Part shown: positions 45,698-51,280 of the stretch, piece after piece
Layout: every line of letters begins with the position of its first letter
How positions within the stretch are numbered: position 1 is the first letter of the stretch
Translations under genes and position numbers: made by a program
Notes under the pieces: generated by a model
Told to the model about the DNA's origin: nothing
The model's database searches: none
Seen by the model: only the letters and a program-made list of their open reading frames with translations
Assembly: GCA_017962605.1 (NCBI GenBank)
Contig: JAGCUY010000084.1
Location: 1-51,280 of the forward strand
Source: Kiritimatiellia bacterium
GTDB taxonomy: Bacteria; Verrucomicrobiota; Kiritimatiellia; RFP12; JAAYLN01
Direction of reading: 5' to 3'
Length of the DNA: 51,280 nt

Positions 45698-47779
45698 ATG
45701 GACTATGACGAAAACTCCTTGAACTCTGCACCGACGATGGTCGGTGGCCTCAATGGTAGGGCGCGCTCGCCGAGCGCGCCGCAGGGCAACGCTTCCCTTG
45801 GCTCCGCGCCGACGATGCGCGGGCGCACGACGCCGCGCGGGGAACGCCTGCGCGTCGGCGACTCGCTTCTTGGCCGCTACACCGTGCTTGCCGAGTTGGG
45901 CGAGGGCGGCATGGGGGTCGTTTACAAGTGCCTCGACACCGTCGGCGGCATCGAGGTCGCAATCAAGTGTCTGCCGCCGGAACTCTCGCGCAACGAGTCG
46001 GAGATGGAGGGCATCCGGGAGAACTACGCCATCGTGGCGCGCCTCCATCATTCGGCGATATCCGGCCTGCGGAATCTGGAGAAGGACCCCGACTTCGGCG
46101 AATACTACCTTGTGATGGATCTTGCCCAAGGCGAGGACCTATCCACGATCTTGCGCCGCCGGCGCGGCACGCCGATGGCGCTCGGCGAGGCGCTGGACAT
46201 TTTGCGTCCGCTTGCCTCGGCGCTCGACTACGCCCATGGCGAAAGAGTCCTGCACCGCGACGTCAAGCCTGCGAACGTGAAGGTGGAGACGCTGGTCGCC
46301 GGAAAATCTCACACAGAGACACAGAGACACAAAGAAGGCGGGGCGACTTCTTCGAGCGAGCCGCATGTTCAGCTGCTTGACTTCGGGCTGGCGGCGGAGG
46401 TGCGGTCGTCGATGTCGCGCATGTCGCTGCGCGGCCACGCGGGTTCGAGTGGAACTCCGGCCTACATGGCGCCTGAGCAGTGGGAGGCGAAGCGGCAGAG
46501 CGCGGCGACGGATCAGTATTCGCTGGCGGTGATGGCCTACCAGATGCTCGCGGGCTACCTTCCCTTCGACGCCGATGACATGGCGCTGCTGAAGGACGCG
46601 GTGCTGACGCGCCCGCCGGAGGAGATCGAAGGCGTTCCCGCGCACGTGAACGCGGCGCTGATGCGGGCGCTCGCGAAGAACCCGAAGGAGAGGTTTGCAA
46701 GTTGCGCGGAGTTCGTGAAGTTTCTGCAAAAAAGAGAAACGATATCTCCGAAGCCTCCGCAGGATCAGCCTGATGGAATGGCGGACGATGAAGATTATGT
46801 TGAACTACAGGAGATGGCTGGAGGCGCGCTTCAAAAAGCGGAAAAAATAAGAAGGTATCTTGCCAAACCGCATCCTCTTCCCCCTCGTCGCGGCGCCTGG
46901 CTATGGTGGGGAGCGGCATTAGTGGCTATTGTTTTTGCACACAAATCCATTTCACGCATTTATTGGTCATGGGTCAATGCTCGTCACGCCGTTGAGCAAG
47001 CGAAAGCAGAATGGCAGAAGATGGCACACAAGACCGGCGAGAGCAAGGTCGTTTGCGTCGGTTCGCAGGAGATCGCGCTTCGCTGGTGTCCAGCTACGAC
47101 GAGTGAAGACTGGAAGAGAATTTCTGGCGGTAAAGACTTCTTTATGATGGGGTCGCCATCCTCCGAAGAGGGACGAGACAACGATGAGACGCAACACCGT
47201 GTGACACTCACGAAGGGCTTTTGGATGGGCGAGACCGAGGTGACGCAGGGTTTGTGGAAATATGTCATGGGGTCGAATCCTTCATATTTCAAGTCTGGTG
47301 ACGACTATCCAGTCGAGCAAGTCTCATGGTACGACTGCCAGGAGTTCCTGAAGAAGCTGAATGCCCGCTCTCCACAATCCGGCCTCCGCTGGGATCTGCC
47401 CACCGAGGCGCAATGGGAATACGCCTGCCGGGCCGGAACAACCGGTATGTATGGCGGCTCGGGGCACCTTGACGACATGGGCTGGTATGATGGGAACAGC
47501 GGGAACAAACCCCGCCCTGTAAAGCAGAAACGACCTAATGACTGGGGCCTCTACGATATGCACGGCAATGTCTGGGAGTGGTGCCAGGATCGGCATGGGA
47601 ACTATCCGTCTGATGCCGTGACCGACCCAACCAGCGCCGCATCTGGCGACTGCATCCTACGAGGCGGCAGCTGTTGGTTCGCCTCTCGGATCTGCCGCTC
47701 GGCAAACCGTTACGGGCACGACCCTAGCCCCTGCGGCTGGGACGATGGCTTCCGCGTCGCCTTGGTTTCGGCTGATTAG
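45698..47779 (+). CDS. Ser/Thr protein kinase – TM – FGE-sulfatase (formylglycine-generating-enzyme-like) domain fusion, the intact paralog
   Basis: Kinase motifs are LGEGGMGVVYKCLD, VAIKCLPPE, HRDVKPANVKVE, LLDFGLAAE and TPAYMAPEQ. The TM is AWLWWGAALVAIVF. The FGE domain runs RWCPATTS...GFWMGETEVTQGLW...GLYDMHGNVWEWCQD...RGGSCWFASRICRSANRYG. Confidence 0.85.
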   Translation: MDYDENSLNSAPTMVGGLNGRARSPSAPQGNASLGSAPTMRGRTTPRGERLRVGDSLLGRYTVLAELGEGGMGVVYKCLDTVGGIEVAIKCLPPELSRNESEMEGIRENYAIVARLHHSAISGLRNLEKDPDFGEYYLVMDLAQGEDLSTILRRRRGTPMALGEALDILRPLASALDYAHGERVLHRDVKPANVKVETLVAGKSHTETQRHKEGGATSSSEPHVQLLDFGLAAEVRSSMSRMSLRGHAGSSGTPAYMAPEQWEAKRQSAATDQYSLAVMAYQMLAGYLPFDADDMALLKDAVLTRPPEEIEGVPAHVNAALMRALAKNPKERFASCAEFVKFLQKRETISPKPPQDQPDGMADDEDYVELQEMAGGALQKAEKIRRYLAKPHPLPPRRGAWLWWGAALVAIVFAHKSISRIYWSWVNARHAVEQAKAEWQKMAHKTGESKVVCVGSQEIALRWCPATTSEDWKRISGGKDFFMMGSPSSEEGRDNDETQHRVTLTKGFWMGETEVTQGLWKYVMGSNPSYFKSGDDYPVEQVSWYDCQEFLKKLNARSPQSGLRWDLPTEAQWEYACRAGTTGMYGGSGHLDDMGWYDGNSGNKPRPVKQKRPNDWGLYDMHGNVWEWCQDRHGNYPSDAVTDPTSAASGDCILRGGSCWFASRICRSANRYGHDPSPCGWDDGFRVALVSAD

Positions 47780-47998
47780 CGAGGTCCCGCACCATTTCAC
47801 GAATTGTGATAAATTTTCAGCAACCAAGGTTTTGGAAACGACACTTGCTGAAAAAGTTTTTTCTAAGCAAAGGCATAAGAAAATCGGAGTGTTTCCTATA
47901 CACCTCCCTACATGGCCACGTTCCTGGCGAACGCGAAGTTGAGCGATGTTTTTTGAAGTTTGAATCAAGAAGGGCTCCTGTCGTCTCTTTTGATAATC

Positions 47999-48007
47999 TG
48001 CTATAAT
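47999..48007 (+). promoter_or_regulatory. Extended -10 element TGcTATAAT, 9 nt upstream of an orphan kinase-family start codon (48017)
   Basis: The element was read directly. Confidence 0.35.
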
Positions 48008-48016
48008 ACATGCCCC

Positions 48017-48116
48017 ATGGACCTTGACGAAAACTCCTTGAACTCAATGCCGACAGCCGCCGATGGGACGAGGTGGTCGTTGGCATTGAGTTAAGCGATT
48101 GTTCGTCGTAGTTCAT
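48017..48116. pseudogene. Two head-to-head 5' fragments of kinase-FGE family genes forming a ~100-nt imperfect palindrome. The plus fragment encodes MDLDENSLNSMPTA and the minus fragment MNYDEQSLNSMPTT; both stop after ~25-30 codons.
   Basis: Compare the starts of the full-length paralogs: MDYDENSLNSAPTM (45698) and MDIGDNSLGSAATM (41724). The plus strand reads ATGGACCTTGACGAAAACTCCTTGAACTCAATGCCGACA and the reverse strand ATGAACTACGACGAACAATCGCTTAACTCAATGCCAACG. They face each other across an ~18-nt centre. Confidence 0.55.
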
Positions 48117-48187
48117 GTGGCTATTGTTCTAGCAGAAAGAGAACAAGGATGTGGAAAGAGAAAAGACTCCACGGCTTGCGGCAGCAC

Positions 48188-49360
48188 CTATAGGGCACCG
48201 CTGATGAACTCGACATAATTGTCGCGTGAAACGCATCGCCATTTCGCTTCTGGATAGGAGTCGGCAAATATCTTCGGGCATTTGGCCTTGGCCGCCTTGA
48301 CGGGATTCCATTTGAACTCGTAGGCGGCAAGCCCTTGGTCGGATGATTCCTCAAGGTAGTCTATCTCGTTGGCGCCGTTCCCCTTTGTCCGCCAGAAGAA
48401 CGACTGGACATCACGCTCGGCCAGTTGGTTGCGCTTGATGCGTTCAGCAATAAGATAGTTCTCGAAAAGATGCCCTGTGTCCTCGCGGGCGTCAAGGGGC
48501 AGGTAGTTCCCAATCAGCGCGTTCCTGATGCCTGTGTCGCAAAAGTAGATTTTCCGAGCCTTCTTCAACTCGTTCCGCGCATTTCTCGAATACGCCGGGA
48601 GCCGGAACACGACAAAGGCCTTTTCCAGACGTTCGACATAGGACTCCACAGTCTCGTTGTCCATGCCGATCAAGTCGCCAACCTCTTTATATGAAACTTC
48701 GTTCCCGACCTGCAGGGATAGTGCCTTTGCCAGTTTTCCAAGTTTGTCCGAATTTTGCAGGTTCTTCCACTTGAGGACATCCTTGAAGAGATATGCCGAA
48801 CAAAGATTCTTAAGGACGCGTCGCCGCGCTGTGTCGGAAGGCGCCGTCGCCACGTCAGGGTAGGTGCCATAAAGGAGCCTGGTTTCAAGCATGTTCCTTT
48901 CGGAAACGGCACTCGTCAAACGGGCCAGTTCGGCAAAGGACAGCGTTGGCAAGACATATTGCTCCAAGCGGCCCGTCAGGGGTTCTCCAACTTCTTCCGA
49001 AAGCTCGAATGATGATGAGCCGGTCGCTACGATGCGAATGTCCTTCAAGCGGTCATGGATGATTTTCAAAACCAGGCCAATGTCGCTGATCTTCTGGGCC
49101 TCATCGACAAAAAGCGTCTTTGCCTCACCCATGATGGAGCGAGCCTTTTCGGGGGTCATGGTTTCGTATGCGAGCAGAGATCGTTCAGCAAGGACGTCTC
49201 CGGAAAGCACGGCAACGCCATCCTTCCTGATGGATTCGGCATCGAGGAGGTGTTCCACGAGAGTCGTTTTCCCCGTCTGGCGCGAACCATACAGGATTAC
49301 AACCTTCCGGCCTTGCAGCGCCTCTGCAAGCGCTCTTTCCAAATCTCTTTGCACATACAT
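48188..49360 (-). CDS. AAA+ ATPase of the AAA_14/DUF4143 family, third paralog
   Basis: Start was chosen at ATG (revcomp of 49358-49360), giving MYVQRDLERALAEALQGRKVVILYGSRQTGKTTLVEHLL; the ORF track extends to a TTG at 49381. The C-terminal GANEIDYLEE...AAYEFKWN is PD-(D/E)xK-like. Confidence 0.75.
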   Translation of the reverse strand: MYVQRDLERALAEALQGRKVVILYGSRQTGKTTLVEHLLDAESIRKDGVAVLSGDVLAERSLLAYETMTPEKARSIMGEAKTLFVDEAQKISDIGLVLKIIHDRLKDIRIVATGSSSFELSEEVGEPLTGRLEQYVLPTLSFAELARLTSAVSERNMLETRLLYGTYPDVATAPSDTARRRVLKNLCSAYLFKDVLKWKNLQNSDKLGKLAKALSLQVGNEVSYKEVGDLIGMDNETVESYVERLEKAFVVFRLPAYSRNARNELKKARKIYFCDTGIRNALIGNYLPLDAREDTGHLFENYLIAERIKRNQLAERDVQSFFWRTKGNGANEIDYLEESSDQGLAAYEFKWNPVKAAKAKCPKIFADSYPEAKWRCVSRDNYVEFISGAL

Positions 49361-49380
49361 GGGGAAAAACCTTTGACACA

Positions 49381-49433
49381 ATTATACATCAAACTTTTTG
49401 CGACTGCAACCGCAAAAAGTTGAAACTTTTTGC
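49381..49433 (-). promoter_or_regulatory. Minus-strand sigma70 promoter (-35 TTGCAG = revcomp of 49404-49409; -10 TATAAT = revcomp of 49381-49386; 17-nt spacer). A GCAAAAAG/CTTTTTGC hairpin (49412-49433) precedes it, and a third half-site copy (49394-49401) lies in the spacer.
   Basis: The motifs were read directly. The hairpin + direct half-site + promoter architecture matches that at 44337-44424, though the sequences differ. Confidence 0.45.
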
Positions 49434-49458
49434 GGAAAACCATACGGCCGGATGCCAT

Positions 49459-51280
49459 TTATTGAACTGGAACCAAAGCAACGCGGACGCCCAGATTGTC
49501 GAGGCGGTAGCCGGGATCGAGCCCAAGCCGGGAGGCCGAACGGCAGCCGCGGGCGTCGTAGTACCACGAGCCCCCGCGGAACACGCGGAGCGAGCCGGAC
49601 GACAGCCCGGTCGGATCAGTCACGGTGCCGGACGGATATTTGCCATACCAGTCCTGACACCACTCACAAACATTGCCGTGCATATCGTAAAGGCCCCAGG
49701 CGTTCGCCTCATAGCTGCGCACCGGTGTCGTTTTTTGCTTGTAAGTTCCCTTACGCGTTGTCCCGCAGGGGTAATTGCCGTCGCAGTTCGCCTTGTCGCC
49801 ATTCAAGGCATTCCCCCAGAAATAGGCCGTCTGACTACCAGCCCGGCAGGCGTATTCCCATTGCGCCTCAGTCGGCAGCGCCCAGCAGAGACCAGATTGC
49901 GAGGATTGTGCGTTTATTTTCTTAAGGAACTCCTGGCAGTCGTTCCAGGAGACATTCTCCACGGGGCGCTGCGCAGAGGTCTTCCCGCCAAATCCAAGAA
50001 ACTTCCCGTCGAGGAAGTTTGATGGATTGTTTCCCATGACCTCCTCCCACAATCCCTGCGTGACCGGCGTCTCACCAAGCCAAAAACCATTTGTCAATAT
50101 GACTTCATGCAGCCGTTCATCTATATCTATATCTCGTCCCTCTTCGTCATCTGGACTGCCCATCAAAAAGAAGTCATGTCCTCCGGAAATCTTCTTCCAG
50201 GCAACGCTTGTCGTCGCAGGACACCAGCGGAAGTTCATTGAAACGCCCGGAGCGATTGTCACACTCTTTAATTCACCTGGCCTAGGGTCATTGGCATGGC
50301 GCTGCTCTTCTTCCTTTGTCTTTCGTGCCGCTTCCCTTCGCTCCGTTTCTTCCTTTGCCTTGCGCTCCGCTTCCTCGCGCGCTTTACGTTCCGCTTCTTC
50401 CTTTGCTTTGCGCTCCGCTTCTTCTCTGGCCTTGCGCGCAGCCTCTTCGCGAGCCTTGCGTTCTGTCTCCTCACGTACCCGCCTGGCTTTCTTCAAATCG
50501 CCCAGCGCAGATTCGGCGGCATTGAGGCTTTCTGCGGCGGCGGCGAAGCGGCCAAACTTGCAGGCCTCTTCGGCTATCGCAAGTTCGTCCTCGCCCTTGA
50601 CGACAAACTTAGCGAATTCCTTGTCCGTGCGGTCTTCAGCGGGAATCGCCTTAATTGCTTTTGTCAGCGCCAACTTGCGTCGCAGGACATCGGCCTCGGA
50701 AATGGCCGAAGACTGCGGCTCGCCCGGAGGACTCGCCCTACCATCCTGTCTCTGCGCCCTCTGCGCCTCTGCGTTAAAAGCCCTTTGCGGACTTTGCGGA
50801 CTTTGCGCAAGACAACTTTCCACAAACTCTGCACAACTTGCAAACCTCTCCTTCGGGTTCTTCGCAAGCGCCTTTTGCAACGCCGCGTTCACATGTGCAG
50901 GAATGTCCTCAATCTCTTCTGGTGCGTCGCGCTCAATCGCCGTCCGCATGATAATCGGATCGCCGGTCTCAAAAACACCGGAGAAGGGCGGCGCGCCGGA
51001 TAGCATTTCATAGGCGACGCAGGCAAGCGCATACTGGTCGGTGCGGCCGTCCTGCTTGCGGCCCAGCCACTGCTCAGGCGCCATGTAGGGCCGTGTGCCT
51101 GAAGTGTCGCCAGTCTCCGTCGAGATGCGCGACATCGACGAGCGTATCTCCGCGGCAAGGCCGAAGTCGAGAATACGCACGCGGATTTTGGAAGTGGCTA
51201 GTGCGAAGTGGTTAGTGGTTAGTTGCGGCTCGCCCGGAGAGCTCGCCCCACCATCACCTTTCAACTTTTCAACTCTCAAC
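49459..51280 (-). CDS. Ser/Thr protein kinase – coiled-coil – FGE-sulfatase domain fusion paralog, 5'-partial; the N-terminus lies beyond the window end
   Basis: The kinase C-lobe is ILDFGLAAEIRSSMSRISTETGDTSGTRPYMAPEQ. There is an EAERKAREE octapeptide repeat region. The complete FGE domain is present (GFWLGETPVTQGLW...GLYDMHGNVCEWCQD...RGGSWYYDARGCRSASR). Confidence 0.8.
   Translation of the reverse strand, partial: LRVEKLKGDGGASSPGEPQLTTNHFALATSKIRVRILDFGLAAEIRSSMSRISTETGDTSGTRPYMAPEQWLGRKQDGRTDQYALACVAYEMLSGAPPFSGVFETGDPIIMRTAIERDAPEEIEDIPAHVNAALQKALAKNPKERFASCAEFVESCLAQSPQSPQRAFNAEAQRAQRQDGRASPPGEPQSSAISEADVLRRKLALTKAIKAIPAEDRTDKEFAKFVVKGEDELAIAEEACKFGRFAAAAESLNAAESALGDLKKARRVREETERKAREEAARKAREEAERKAKEEAERKAREEAERKAKEETERREAARKTKEEEQRHANDPRPGELKSVTIAPGVSMNFRWCPATTSVAWKKISGGHDFFLMGSPDDEEGRDIDIDERLHEVILTNGFWLGETPVTQGLWEEVMGNNPSNFLDGKFLGFGGKTSAQRPVENVSWNDCQEFLKKINAQSSQSGLCWALPTEAQWEYACRAGSQTAYFWGNALNGDKANCDGNYPCGTTRKGTYKQKTTPVRSYEANAWGLYDMHGNVCEWCQDWYGKYPSGTVTDPTGLSSGSLRVFRGGSWYYDARGCRSASRLGLDPGYRLDNLGVRVALVPVQ
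50296..50485 (-). repeat. Imperfect 24-nt tandem repeat (~8 copies) encoding (E-E-A-E-R-K-A-R/K)n in the coiled-coil region of the minus-strand kinase-FGE gene
   Basis: Period 24 is visible as ...gcgcgctttacgttccgcttcttc / ctttgctttgcgctccgcttcttc / tctggccttgcgcgcagcctcttc / gcgagccttgcgttctgtctcctc. Confidence 0.7.
50714..50810 (-). repeat. Second internal copy of the core+SSR element in the minus-strand kinase-FGE gene. The core (50714-50743) is flanked by ctctgcgcc-type and ctttgcgga-type short tandem repeats (50744-50810).
   Basis: The coding strand reads gcgcaaagtccgcaaagtccgcaaaggg...cgcagaggcgcagagggcgcagagacagg + atggtagggcgagtcctccgggcgagccgca. It encodes QSPQSPQ...AQRAQRQDGRASPPGEPQ. 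Confidence 0.7.
51224..51280 (-). repeat. Third copy of the core+SSR element in the same gene, sitting between the kinase catalytic loop and the DFG motif. The core (51224-51252) is followed by ytttcaac octamer repeats that run to the window end.
   Basis: The coding strand reads gttgagagttgaaaagttgaaag + gtgatggtggggcgagctctccgggcgagccgcaacta. It encodes KLKGDGGASSPGEPQ. Confidence 0.7.

Noticed and set aside
47817-48116. 99-aa minus-strand ORF as a real small gene
   Set aside because: Only its first ~14 codons resemble the kinase-family leader. The remainder is antisense to the promoter region of the plus-strand fragment, with no domain features. It was kept only as a 5' gene fragment.

Overview
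This is a high-GC (~65%) bacterial chromosomal segment. The gene content is PVC-like: many Ser/Thr kinases, T2SS-type pseudopilins, subtilases and FGE-domain kinase fusions. It mixes housekeeping genes with several lower-GC insertions.

From the left end, the window holds a DsbD_2-like membrane protein, biotin synthase, a CopA P-type ATPase, an inserted DUF4143 AAA+ ATPase and a PspC-domain protein. An NhaC antiporter, LarE, NifU/IscU and NifS/IscS follow. Next come a TrpR-like protein, a UvrD-family helicase and a Ser/Thr kinase on the minus strand, PurC, a gspG-led pseudopilin cluster and LpxK.

After an AT-rich break carrying a consensus sigma70 promoter (about 19.3 kb), a block of roughly 18 kb encodes unusual proteins:
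- an excisionase-family HTH with a zinc ribbon;
- zinc-ribbon/FHA-like and zinc-ribbon/SPFH(flotillin)-like coiled-coil proteins;
- three paralogous secreted lipoproteins;
- two ESCRT-III (Snf7/CHMP)-like proteins, one fused to a zinc ribbon;
- a MIT-domain AAA ATPase of the Vps4/katanin/spastin clade;
- a membrane-anchored caspase-like plus M48-like protease fusion;
- an S8 subtilase and a free-standing paralog of its pro-region.

The ESCRT-III plus Vps4-like pair, with its protease neighbours, is the most notable candidate system.

The right third of the window is a rearranging array of Ser/Thr-kinase–TM–coiled-coil–FGE-sulfatase-domain paralogs:
- one intact copy;
- one copy frameshifted at an octamer repeat and 3'-truncated;
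- one copy running off the window end;
- two head-to-head 5' fragments.

Two further DUF4143 AAA-ATPase/PD-(D/E)xK-like genes are interspersed, each behind a hairpin-plus-promoter architecture. A recurring element, a short 7-9-mer tandem array next to a conserved ~26-nt GGGCGAGC-containing core, sits in-frame inside several of these genes. No rRNA, tRNA or CRISPR array was recognised.
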